64,000 nucleotides of DNA from a candidate division WOR-3 bacterium (GTDB taxonomy: Bacteria > Hydrothermota > Tepidihabitantia > SM23-42 > JAOAFX01): NCBI GenBank assembly GCA_026416055.1, contig JAOAFX010000001.1:5833-69832 (forward strand). Direction: 5' to 3'. Both the position numbers and the translations under genes were made by a program. The notes beneath the pieces are model-generated. The model was given only the letters and a program-made list of their open reading frames with translations. It was not told where the DNA came from and did not search any database. Within the stretch, counting starts at the first letter, position 1, and every line of letters begins with the position of its first letter. Positions 25,805 through 34,751 of the stretch are shown here, one piece after another.

Positions 25805-25891
25805 CCTTCAAAGAGGGTTCTGAAATTTGATTGCGCGACCGGAGTTGAGTTAATCAATGATTAAGAAAAATATAAATAATCGCTGTTAGAT

Positions 25892-27697
25892 TCAAGGTCT
25901 GGGAACGGTTGCTGGCTTTTCTATCTTTTCTTTTTTGGGAACGAGTTCAATATCTTCAACGAGCACTGCTGGAGCAGCAATCGAGACCGGAAATTCATCC
26001 CCATACTCATTGCGATAGATAAAATTATAAACATACTCTCTATCACCGGTTGCGATTATATCCTTGAGAATCCCCAAAGAAACCTGGGCAAAATCAAGTC
26101 CATGGATCAATTCAATTTTATCAGAATGGACATCCACCTTGTAGATGTTTACCGGTGAGGAAAGAATAGGTATAGATTTTGTCCGCATCTGATAGAACCT
26201 CTGGTACTGTTCATATTCAGTCCGGGGAAATGTAGGCTGGAGCCTGGTGATGATGAGGGCATATTCATTGCCATATTCACGGGCTACCTCTTTTAATTTC
26301 TTTATGAGTTCCTCTTCTTTTACTGGTTTTTGAGATTTTATTATTAAATTACTCACAAATCCAATGTATCTGGGTACATAAATCTCACTCCAGTAGCGGG
26401 CGTGACCATTGGAAGTTCTGATTTTATTTGTCGGAGTCCGGCACATCAAAAAATTTATGAGTTTACCATCTTTCACCAGTTCCACTTTTTCTGACTTCAC
26501 ACCCTGTTCATCCACTGAAAATCCACCTATTGTCTTGATGTCGTTGTATCCTTTTAAATTCGGGTCATCGAATACCGAAATGAATTCAGGTAAGATGCGC
26601 CGACCCAGCCGGTTTGAGAATAGACCGAGATTCTCCTTTGAAACACTCCTTTCAAGCATTTCACTCTCTATCACTGCATTTCTCACACCACTCACACCTT
26701 TGCCCAGAACCTGAAAGAATAGTTCACATGCAGCGGGTCCAAGAAACAGAACAGGACCTGAATAACTCTCTTCTTCGGGTCTTGTATTTACCTTCAGAGT
26801 AAGGGTTTCAGCCCAGGCATTTATTGCTTCTGTGATTTTTACAAAATTTAAATCATCAATGCCCTGGCTGTAGAACTCAATGAAATCATCAATCAATGTA
26901 CCATTCTGTGCCTGTGCCTTTGCCCTGACTTCGATGCCAGTAATTAGTTCACCTCTAACACTCTTTGCACCGTCACTGTCTATAAAATATTGATTACCAG
27001 ACTTTAATTTAAATCTTACAAAAGATTCTTTAATCTCACGATATCTATTTAGAACTGCTGAGAGAGCAGTGATTTTTTTATTCAAATCGCTACGGTCGAA
27101 CACAGGATGGACGATTGGCTCAAACAGGGAACAGGGTTTCACCTTTATAAAATCAGGAATAGTATCATTAACCTGTTTATTCTGAAAATAGGCTATCTTT
27201 TTTGCCAGCACTTCCAGTGCTTTTTTATAGGTACCATCAGTCACAAGCCATATCGCCCGGCGCAGGGCAAGATATTCATCTTCAAGGGGAAGCTGTATCC
27301 GGTCTGATTCAATTATCCGGGAAGTAAATGTTGGGCAGATGAAGTTGCTGTTATCCAGTTGATAACTGCCCACTCTTAAATCGACAAACAACTCACGGGA
27401 ACGTTCTTCATTACTCGCTATCAACCCACCTCCGGATGCCTTTATTTCTACTTCCTTTAAGTCCAAAACCCGGTAGGCGATATAGTATGGTCGTTCCTGT
27501 TTAGGCAATTGCAATTCGCAGATGCTGCGCTTTAGTTCATCCTGCAACGCCCTGAACAAAATATCTTCATTATTATTGGCTGTCTCAAACAAAGACGAAC
27601 ATAGCGGCATAGAATATAGCATACCTGAAAGAATTAATATCCAGGGACCGAACTCAAAAGTAGAATATTTATTTTTTTGTGTATTAATAATTTTCAC
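25892..27697 (-). CDS. TldE/PmbA-like protein (TldD/PmbA family, no HExxxH), secreted or membrane-anchored
   Basis: 601 aa with an N-terminal hydrophobic anchor and a C-terminal ...TSNGHARY... block. Paired with the TldD-like gene 8 nt upstream. Confidence 0.6.
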   Translation of the reverse strand: MKIINTQKNKYSTFEFGPWILILSGMLYSMPLCSSLFETANNNEDILFRALQDELKRSICELQLPKQERPYYIAYRVLDLKEVEIKASGGGLIASNEERSRELFVDLRVGSYQLDNSNFICPTFTSRIIESDRIQLPLEDEYLALRRAIWLVTDGTYKKALEVLAKKIAYFQNKQVNDTIPDFIKVKPCSLFEPIVHPVFDRSDLNKKITALSAVLNRYREIKESFVRFKLKSGNQYFIDSDGAKSVRGELITGIEVRAKAQAQNGTLIDDFIEFYSQGIDDLNFVKITEAINAWAETLTLKVNTRPEEESYSGPVLFLGPAACELFFQVLGKGVSGVRNAVIESEMLERSVSKENLGLFSNRLGRRILPEFISVFDDPNLKGYNDIKTIGGFSVDEQGVKSEKVELVKDGKLINFLMCRTPTNKIRTSNGHARYWSEIYVPRYIGFVSNLIIKSQKPVKEEELIKKLKEVAREYGNEYALIITRLQPTFPRTEYEQYQRFYQMRTKSIPILSSPVNIYKVDVHSDKIELIHGLDFAQVSLGILKDIIATGDREYVYNFIYRNEYGDEFPVSIAAPAVLVEDIELVPKKEKIEKPATVPRP

Positions 27698-27705
27698 GTC
27701 TCCCC

Positions 27706-29373
27706 CTATTCTGAAGGAGCAATGGGTGCGGGCAGGATGGGTGGCCGTTCCTGCCCTTTTGATTTTTTCTCAACTTCAATTTCTGAAACCAGTATGGAAG
27801 GAGCAATCGCTGAGACCGGAACCCAGCCTGATTCAGCTCCACAGGTACCGTTGAATATATCGTAATCATTGCCGGTCATAATAATCTTGGAAAGAGAAAG
27901 TAGCGGTGTCCCCACGATATCAACTCCGCGCACCACTTCGTCCGGCCTGCCATCAACATAGATTCTTTTTACAAAGAGTGGTATAACCTTGAAGGTCTGT
28001 GGACCTTCCCTGCCAGTCATCGTAAAACCACCCGCTATGTCATAAAAGATAAGACCATACGGTTTATTCTGCTTTTTGCATTCTTCAATCAGGTTTGTGC
28101 GTAATTCTTCAAATGGTACCTCTTTTGTTGACTTTATGTATAATACCCCCTGACGTGCTACAACCTTTCTTCCATACTGCCGTCTTCCATGGCCATTTGA
28201 AACCGGGAAACCTGCGATTGGTGAGCGACTCATTAAGAATCCTTTTAATACACCGTTATCAACAATCACTGCTTTCTGAGCCTTTACTCCTTCATCGTCA
28301 AATAGGTAGTGACCGTTCAGGTCTTTATAGTTAAATTTTTCCAGGGTCGGGTCATCATAAACTGATATGAAATCGGGCATTATCTTCTCATTCAATTTTT
28401 TAGTAAATGTCTGCCCTTCAAATTCACTCTTCTGTCTATGTCCTTCAATCCTGTGTCCGAATATCTCATGGAAGAAGACACCGCAGGCGCGGTTCATTAA
28501 AATTGCCGGTCCGGAGTAGGGTTCCACCATCGGTGCATTTCTTAAAGCATATAAATTCTGAATCAAGGAATCAATGTAGATTCTTAGAATTTCATCATCA
28601 GGAATATCTTTTATATTTCTTGCAAAAACCGGATAAGAGAGATAAAGTTCCATCCCATCATCCGCCATGGTTTCGGCATAGATCTGAATTGAATAACTGC
28701 TCTGACTGTGTACCAATCTCGTTCCTTCAGTATTGACAAGATATTTTGTCAATGAAGTTGCCCTCAGGCTGACCCGTGAACCATAAATCCAGGGATGATT
28801 TTTAAAAACTGCGGAGAGATTGCGTAGCTTTTCTTTCCATAATTCACGGTCAAAGGCAAGGGTATCAATCTTTTCGCTGTATACAATTTTCGGTGCAGGA
28901 CTGAAATCCGGGGATGTATCAGACTCCAGAACTTTTACCTGCCTCTCATTAAGAATTTTTATATATCGTTCCTGGGCAGCCTTAAATTTCTTATCAGTCT
29001 CTGCCCATAGAATCAACTTCAATGCCCGGGCATGGTCGTCAATCGGCACCTCTATCGGTGATGACCACCAATCATATTCTTCTGCACCGCGTATTTCATG
29101 ATAGTTATCAAGTTTGTAAGAACCAACTCTTACATCAACATCGAGATACCGATTTCTCTCTTCTTTTTCATCAATAATTACCCCGAGCGATGCAATAATG
29201 GAAGACTGATGTTCCTCCATAATTTCGTATTGCATGAAGTAAACTGGATATGGTTTTTCTTTACTCAGGACTTTATAAGAACGGCTCAATTCCTCAGCCA
29301 TTGTTTGAATGATACTATTTCCGGCAAATACTCCACCTGCGATTGTCATTAATAAGATAAAAAATCTTTTCAT
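27706..29373 (-). CDS. TldD-like metallopeptidase with signal peptide
   Basis: Signal peptide MKRFFILLMTIAGGVFAG. GVFFHEIFGHRIEGHRQ matches the TldD HExxxH-type motif, and SNGHGRR lies further on. SD GGAGG and a TTGACA-N16-CATAAT promoter lie upstream. Confidence 0.7.
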   Translation of the reverse strand: MKRFFILLMTIAGGVFAGNSIIQTMAEELSRSYKVLSKEKPYPVYFMQYEIMEEHQSSIIASLGVIIDEKEERNRYLDVDVRVGSYKLDNYHEIRGAEEYDWWSSPIEVPIDDHARALKLILWAETDKKFKAAQERYIKILNERQVKVLESDTSPDFSPAPKIVYSEKIDTLAFDRELWKEKLRNLSAVFKNHPWIYGSRVSLRATSLTKYLVNTEGTRLVHSQSSYSIQIYAETMADDGMELYLSYPVFARNIKDIPDDEILRIYIDSLIQNLYALRNAPMVEPYSGPAILMNRACGVFFHEIFGHRIEGHRQKSEFEGQTFTKKLNEKIMPDFISVYDDPTLEKFNYKDLNGHYLFDDEGVKAQKAVIVDNGVLKGFLMSRSPIAGFPVSNGHGRRQYGRKVVARQGVLYIKSTKEVPFEELRTNLIEECKKQNKPYGLIFYDIAGGFTMTGREGPQTFKVIPLFVKRIYVDGRPDEVVRGVDIVGTPLLSLSKIIMTGNDYDIFNGTCGAESGWVPVSAIAPSILVSEIEVEKKSKGQERPPILPAPIAPSE

Positions 29374-29462
29374 GAAAAACCTCCTCTGTAATTATGAAAC
29401 AATTTTATCCGGTGTCAAGATAGCGGCAGACATATACAGAAGCAGCGCCTCTTAGCTGTAAT

Positions 29463-30080
29463 TTAAAGAAAATTTAACAAATGTGCTATATCCTCTGGTC
29501 CTTTTACTTCAAATATCTCCATTCCCTGTTCCTTTGCGGGCAGAAGGTCAACATAATACCGGTCGCCAACCATCATACATTCTTCAGGCTTAAAATTGAG
29601 TGCCCTTATTATCTGTTTGAAAACCTCAGGGTCTGGTTTTATTCGTTTGAAATTTTCGTAGGTAAAAATGTAATCAAAAAGTTCTTTAATCCCCAGTGCT
29701 TCAAGGATACGTTCGGTTTGAATACGGTTGTTATTGGTGAAAACCGCAAGTTTGTATTTCTCTTTCAGTCTTACAAGAATCGATCTCAATCCCTCATCCC
29801 TTTTCAGGTAATCACCGGCATTAAAATAATTTATGTTCTCCTTATGCCATTCTTCAATTGAGATGCCAAATGAAAGTAGTGCAAGGGTGTAGGGAACCGC
29901 AAATCCCTTTTCATTTCTCATCTCCTCACGCCTTTTTTCAATAATATCTTTAGCCTGCTCAATATCTGTATTCTTTATCCGGGCATAGGTATAGTAAGCA
30001 GCCTCGGCAAATTTTTGATAGACCTCAGTGCTGTTATAAAGGGTTCCATCAAGGTCAAAAATAATTATTTTCACCATCAC
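29463..30080 (-). CDS. HAD-superfamily hydrolase
   Basis: IIFDLDGTLY (DxDGT motif I), ...AVFTNN..., ...MMVGDRYYVD. Confidence 0.7.
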   Translation of the reverse strand: MMVKIIIFDLDGTLYNSTEVYQKFAEAAYYTYARIKNTDIEQAKDIIEKRREEMRNEKGFAVPYTLALLSFGISIEEWHKENINYFNAGDYLKRDEGLRSILVRLKEKYKLAVFTNNNRIQTERILEALGIKELFDYIFTYENFKRIKPDPEVFKQIIRALNFKPEECMMVGDRYYVDLLPAKEQGMEIFEVKGPEDIAHLLNFL

Positions 30081-30159
30081 GGAATGGGTAATGAAGGTTA
30101 TCAGGGATTAAAAGATCTCAGGGAAATATTATGTACTCTCTTTTCAGTATACCAGATAG

Positions 30160-31083
30160 CTATTCGGCACACCGCTTCTGCAACCTTTCCCAGATTCTAT
30201 CTACTTCAGATTGAAATTCTTTTATCGGTGTTTGGTCTTTTAATTTAAACAGATGAGCAAATCGTCCTTGAAATTTCAAGAATTCTTCAATCGGTTTTTT
30301 CTCTTTTGGTTTAACCGTAATCCGATATTTCCCTTTTTCATATTCATAAAGAGGCCAGATACAGGTTTCAACAGCAAGCCTGGTGATTGCTACGGTCTTT
30401 TCCGGTGGATATGCCCAGCCGAGCCGGCACGGTGAAAATATGTTGATAAAAGAAGGACCTTCTGCATCAAGGGCTTTGCGTACCTTTGTTACTAAATCAT
30501 TCCAGTAACCTATCGTCGCCTGGGCTGCGTAAGCTGGTTCGTGGGCAATGACGATTTCTGTAAGATTTTTGCGTGGCTGTAATTTGCCCGGGATTACAGT
30601 CCCTGCCGGTGAAGTTGTAGTATGAGCACCATACGGTGTAGCAGAAGAACGTTGAATTCCTGTATTCATATATGCTTCATTGTTGTAACATATGTATAGA
30701 ACGCGATGTCTTCTCTCAAGCATTCCCGAGAGTGCCTGTAAACCAATGTCATAGGTTCCACCATCACCACCAAAGGCAATGAATCTCATTTCTTTTGTAA
30801 TCTTACCCTTTCTTTTGAGTGCATTATATGCTGCCTCAACTCCCGCCATCGTAGCTGCAACGTTTTCAAATGCACTGTGGATATAAGGAGTTTTCCAGGC
30901 AGAATATGGAAAAATCGTAGAGACAACTTCAAGGCAACCGGTCGCAGCACCAACGACTACTGGATACCGGGCAGCAAGTAATACCTGTCTTGCTACAATC
31001 GTGGCTCCACAACCTGCACAAGCACGATGACCACTTAGAAATTTTTCGCCTTGTTGTGCCAGTTCCTTTAATGTTGCCATCAC
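30160..31083 (-). CDS. porB: 2-oxoacid (pyruvate-type):ferredoxin oxidoreductase, beta (TPP-binding) subunit
   Basis: CAGCG..., FGGDGGTYDIG TPP motif. 4-nt overlap with the alpha subunit. Confidence 0.8.
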   Translation of the reverse strand: MMATLKELAQQGEKFLSGHRACAGCGATIVARQVLLAARYPVVVGAATGCLEVVSTIFPYSAWKTPYIHSAFENVAATMAGVEAAYNALKRKGKITKEMRFIAFGGDGGTYDIGLQALSGMLERRHRVLYICYNNEAYMNTGIQRSSATPYGAHTTTSPAGTVIPGKLQPRKNLTEIVIAHEPAYAAQATIGYWNDLVTKVRKALDAEGPSFINIFSPCRLGWAYPPEKTVAITRLAVETCIWPLYEYEKGKYRITVKPKEKKPIEEFLKFQGRFAHLFKLKDQTPIKEFQSEVDRIWERLQKRCAE

Positions 31084-32252
31084 TCCCCCCTTACTCCATA
31101 ATAGACAATTTCTTTATCAACTCTACCTCTCTCTTTAATCTCAAGCAACTGTTCAAAGACTGTTTCGATCTCTTCAATGCTGATATCACGACCACCGAGT
31201 CCATATATATAATTTTTCAGCAACGGTCTGGCTTCTGATTCATAAAGAATTGAGCGACAGTCATTATACAGATGACCACCGAGTGTGGAAAGTGTATCTG
31301 CGCGGTCCATGATACCGAGGACCTTGACCTTTGTGATTGCCTTGAGCATCCTTTCCCTGGGAAATGGACGATAGACCCGACAGCGTACCAGACCTACCTT
31401 TTTTCCTTTCTTACGCATCCTGTCAACCGCAACCTTTCCTGTACCTCCAGTGGAGCCCATCACTAAAACTGCAACCTCGGCATCTTCCATCCGGTATTCA
31501 TCAACTATCGGATAATACCTGCCAAATGTATCACCAAAATCTTTTTGAACCTTTTCGATTACTGGCAGGGCATTATTCATTGCTTCTATTTCCTGGCGTT
31601 TGTGTTCAAAATAATAATCCTGAAGATCAAGCATACCGATTGTTATTGGGTTATCAACATCTAAGAGAGTGTAAGGAGCCTTTCTCTCACCGAGCCATTC
31701 TGGAACCTTATCATCATCAATCAGTTCTACCCGTTCCATCCCATGGCTGATTATAAAACCATCTGTAGTTACCATCACCGGAAGGAGGATTTCCTCGGCT
31801 ATCTTCACAGCCATAATCGTTGTATCATAGGCTTCCTGAGGATTTTCAGTAAATATCTGGAGCCAGCCTGAATCCCTCGATGCGAGGGAGTCAGAATGGT
31901 CGCAATGGATGTTTATAGGACTTGACAGGGCACGATTAACAAGACAGAGAACGATGGGCAATCTCATTCCGGATGCAATAAAAAGCATCTCATGCATTAA
32001 AGCAAGCCCCTGGGCCGCGGTTGCGGTCATCACCCTGGCACCGGCAGCAGCAGCACCAATGCAGGCACTCAATGCTGAATGTTCACTCTCAGCCGGAACA
32101 TATTCTGTCGTTACCAATCCATCGGCTACGTAAGAGGCAAAATGTTGAACAATTTCAGTTGCTGGGGTAATGGGATATGCAGCCACAACATCTGGATTTA
32201 TCTGCCTCATTGCCTCGGCCATTGCTTCATTGCCAGTCCTTGCTACAATCAT
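31080..32252 (-). CDS. porA: 2-oxoacid:ferredoxin oxidoreductase, alpha subunit
   Basis: MIVARTGNEAMAEAMRQINPDVVAAYPITP... I chose ATG 32252 because it has SD GGGAGGAG 4 nt upstream and an ATGA overlap with the porD stop. The track start at 32297 would overlap porD by 49 nt. Confidence 0.8.
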   Translation of the reverse strand: MIVARTGNEAMAEAMRQINPDVVAAYPITPATEIVQHFASYVADGLVTTEYVPAESEHSALSACIGAAAAGARVMTATAAQGLALMHEMLFIASGMRLPIVLCLVNRALSSPINIHCDHSDSLASRDSGWLQIFTENPQEAYDTTIMAVKIAEEILLPVMVTTDGFIISHGMERVELIDDDKVPEWLGERKAPYTLLDVDNPITIGMLDLQDYYFEHKRQEIEAMNNALPVIEKVQKDFGDTFGRYYPIVDEYRMEDAEVAVLVMGSTGGTGKVAVDRMRKKGKKVGLVRCRVYRPFPRERMLKAITKVKVLGIMDRADTLSTLGGHLYNDCRSILYESEARPLLKNYIYGLGGRDISIEEIETVFEQLLEIKERGRVDKEIVYYGVRGE

Positions 32253-32539
32253 TTCTCCTCCCTTACCATCGTGATTGCCTTCACCTTTGGTGGACATTCT
32301 TCAGCACAGATCCCGCAACCCTTGCAATATCTGTAATCTATACCCTGGACCTTTCCATCTTTAATAATAATTGCTGAATCCGGACAGTAAATCCAGCAAA
32401 TCAGACAATGGGTGCATTTCTTAGCATCCCAGATTGGCTTATCACTCCGCCAGTCTCCAGTCTCAAATTCCTGGCTTGTGCCTGATTGCCAGACCAGTCC
32501 CAGTGGTAATTCTTTCCAGCCCTTTTTTTCTTTCTTCAT
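32249..32539 (-). CDS. porD: 2-oxoacid:ferredoxin oxidoreductase, delta subunit (2x[4Fe-4S])
   Basis: CTHCLICWIYCP and CKGCGICAEECP cluster motifs, 96 aa. Confidence 0.8.
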   Translation of the reverse strand: MKKEKKGWKELPLGLVWQSGTSQEFETGDWRSDKPIWDAKKCTHCLICWIYCPDSAIIIKDGKVQGIDYRYCKGCGICAEECPPKVKAITMVREEK

Positions 32540-33117
32540 TCCTTCACCTCCTCATAAGCCCGGATTATTGCTTTTATGTTATTTTCTACCACATCTGGAC
32601 GGTTGGGGAATTTATGCTCAAGTCGCTTCCTGACTGATTCCAACATCGGTTCAAACTCAAGCAATTTTGATACCTTGATAAGTGCTCCGAGCATTGGGGT
32701 ATTGGGAATGTCCATTTTTAAAATCTCCTTCGCGATCTTGCTCGCATCCACAACATAGATCCTGGTCTTTTCACTTTTAATCTTTAATTGCTCCCTAATC
32801 TCTTTAGATGTCTTCTGGGTATTGACTAAAAGGATTCCATCTTCTTTTAAACCTTCGGTCACATCTATCGTCTCCATCAACGTGGAATCGAGTACCACAA
32901 CGATATCTGGATTCTTGATGCCGCAATGCTGGAGAATGGGCTCGTCTGAGAGACGATTGAAGGCAAATACAGGTGCTCCCATCCTCTCCGGGCCATATTC
33001 AGGAAAAGCCTGAATATATTTTCCGGTCTCAACTGCGGCATCGGCAAAAAGCAGGGCAGCGGTCTTGGCACCCTGCCCACCCCGGCCATGCCACCTTATC
33101 TCAAGTAATACCATCAT
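32536..33117 (-). CDS. porG: 2-oxoacid:ferredoxin oxidoreductase, gamma subunit
   Basis: EIRWHGRGGQGAKTAA... SD AAGGAG precedes the start. First gene of a G-D-A-B operon. Confidence 0.8.
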   Translation of the reverse strand: MMVLLEIRWHGRGGQGAKTAALLFADAAVETGKYIQAFPEYGPERMGAPVFAFNRLSDEPILQHCGIKNPDIVVVLDSTLMETIDVTEGLKEDGILLVNTQKTSKEIREQLKIKSEKTRIYVVDASKIAKEILKMDIPNTPMLGALIKVSKLLEFEPMLESVRKRLEHKFPNRPDVVENNIKAIIRAYEEVKE

Positions 33118-33220
33118 TCACTCCTTTTGTTAATTTTTAAAGGCATAAAGCCCGCGAAACTTAAGTTAAATTTTGAAAATAGCCCAGATATTCCCTGGTT
33201 AAATATAGACCTGCCCGGCT

Positions 33221-33248
33221 ATTATATCCAGTTTCTAATCCCAGTCAA
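33221..33248 (-). promoter_or_regulatory. promoter TTGACT-N16-TATAAT of the por operon (~95-nt leader)
   Basis: -35 at 33248..33243 and -10 at 33226..33221. Confidence 0.5.
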
Positions 33249-33274
33249 GAGCTATTCCTCATATTTTTAGACTA

Positions 33275-33302
33275 TTGAAAAGATACAAAAACTGGATATA
33301 AT
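33275..33302 (+). promoter_or_regulatory. promoter TTGAAA-N16-TATAAT for the OMP-thi4 genes
   Basis: Hexamers at 33275..33280 and 33297..33302. SD AAGGAG follows. Confidence 0.5.
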
Positions 33303-33321
33303 TGCATGAAAAGGAGAAAAA

Positions 33322-33837
33322 ATGAAAAAAATCATCTCGATAATTCTTGTTACAATTGTCCTTGCCCAAGCAAAAGGTGTGAAAAGATATGGCTCTATGT
33401 TAGAGATTGCCCCAAAAGCAAGTTTTTACATAAGCAGTGATGCCTATTTGGGAATAGGTGGCGAATGTGTGATAAATCCAGTAAAACAGGCTGGTATACG
33501 AATTACCTTTTCAGAAGCAGTATTCGGAAATGGAACATACTTTTACTTAAATAGCGATGTATGGGTTGGAGGCGGCCTCTCCCTTGATGGTCTATTCTAC
33601 ATTCCCATGGCCGGTTTAGAACCATATGTCCATGGTGGGCTTGGTTTTTTTGTGCAAGATCCACCTGGACAGGCAGGCACAAATACCTTCTTTTCCTTCA
33701 GATTCGGAATGGGACTTCATTATTTTTTAAATCCAAAGACAAAATTTTTTGTTGAACCCGGAATCATTGTTTATGATGCCCATGATACTGAAGCGATGTT
33801 CAGATTGTCAACCGGGGTAAGATTTGGAGTACTGTAG
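33322..33837 (+). CDS. small outer-membrane beta-barrel protein (OmpW/OprF-N-like)
   Basis: Signal peptide MKKIISIILVTIVLAQA, alternating beta-strand pattern, C-terminal ...RLSTGVRFGVL. Confidence 0.5.
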   Translation: MKKIISIILVTIVLAQAKGVKRYGSMLEIAPKASFYISSDAYLGIGGECVINPVKQAGIRITFSEAVFGNGTYFYLNSDVWVGGGLSLDGLFYIPMAGLEPYVHGGLGFFVQDPPGQAGTNTFFSFRFGMGLHYFLNPKTKFFVEPGIIVYDAHDTEAMFRLSTGVRFGVL

Positions 33838-33840
33838 ATT

Positions 33841-34614
33841 ATGCTTGATGAGACTATTATATCAAGGGCAATAATTGAAACTTACCTAAGAGATCTTTTG
33901 GATTACGTCGAATCAGACGTGATCATCGGTGGTGGTGGTCCTTCTGGCCTTTGTGCTGGTTATTACCTGGCAAAGGAAGGTATAAAGACGGTTCTTTTTG
34001 AAAGTGGCCTGAAACTCGGTGGTGGTATGCCTGGTGGTGGCATGATGTTCAACAAGATAGTGGTCCAGAAACAGGGGCTGGAGATTATTGAAGAATTTGG
34101 AATCAGATATAAAGAGTATCAGAAAGGTTATTATGTTGCCGATTCCCTGGAAGCGACTGCCTGTCTTACTGACCGGGCATTGAAACAGGGTTTGAAGATC
34201 TTTAATCTAATCAGGATTGAAGATGTGATGATAAAAGAAGACCGGGTCTGCGGTGTTGTGATAAACTGGACGAGTGTGGATATTGCAAAGCTCCACATCG
34301 ATCCGATCACATTTAAATCAAAGGCAGTCATCGATGCCACGGGGCATCCCTGTGAAATTGTGCATATAGTAGAAAAAAAGAGTGGTGGAAGATTGCTCAC
34401 GGTATCCGGAAAGATAGAAGGCGAAAAGTCAATGTGGGCTGATGTTGCCGAGACCTTGACTTTGAAAAACACCCGTGAAGTTTATCCCGGACTTTATGTT
34501 TGTGGGATGGCAGCGAATGCAGTATTTGGTGGTCCGAGAATGGGACCTATATTCGGTGGTATGCTATTATCGGGTAGAAAGGTGGCAGAAATATTGATAA
34601 AGAAATTGAAATAA
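33841..34614 (+). CDS. thi4: thiazole synthase Thi4 (archaeal/eukaryotic-type, sulfide-dependent class)
   Basis: [24 protein letters not shown] motif, [19 protein letters not shown]. Confidence 0.75.
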   Translation: MLDETIISRAIIETYLRDLLDYVESDVIIGGGGPSGLCAGYYLAKEGIKTVLFESGLKLGGGMPGGGMMFNKIVVQKQGLEIIEEFGIRYKEYQKGYYVADSLEATACLTDRALKQGLKIFNLIRIEDVMIKEDRVCGVVINWTSVDIAKLHIDPITFKSKAVIDATGHPCEIVHIVEKKSGGRLLTVSGKIEGEKSMWADVAETLTLKNTREVYPGLYVCGMAANAVFGGPRMGPIFGGMLLSGRKVAEILIKKLK

Positions 34615-34751
34615 AAAACCATCCCCGGGATTACTTTGCCCGAGCCTTTCAGTATACATCAAAAAAATTTTTTAAAGCGATAACGCTCTATCAACAGAAG
34701 TTAAAACTAATACCCCGTAACTGCTGGCTATTTCTCACTGGCACATTCTTC

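Noticed and set aside
31364-31750. Plus-strand ORFs inside the por operon; similar antisense ORFs occur inside recJ, the sigma-54 activator, endoQ, the PASTA genes, lysC and purD
   Set aside because: All overlap well-supported genes on the opposite strand, lack SD or promoter signals, and have no recognisable motifs.
33118-33321. TPP riboswitch or other riboswitch in the por/thi4 divergent region
   Set aside because: No THI-box core sequences are present. The region is explained by two divergent promoters and a ~95-nt por leader with only short hairpins.
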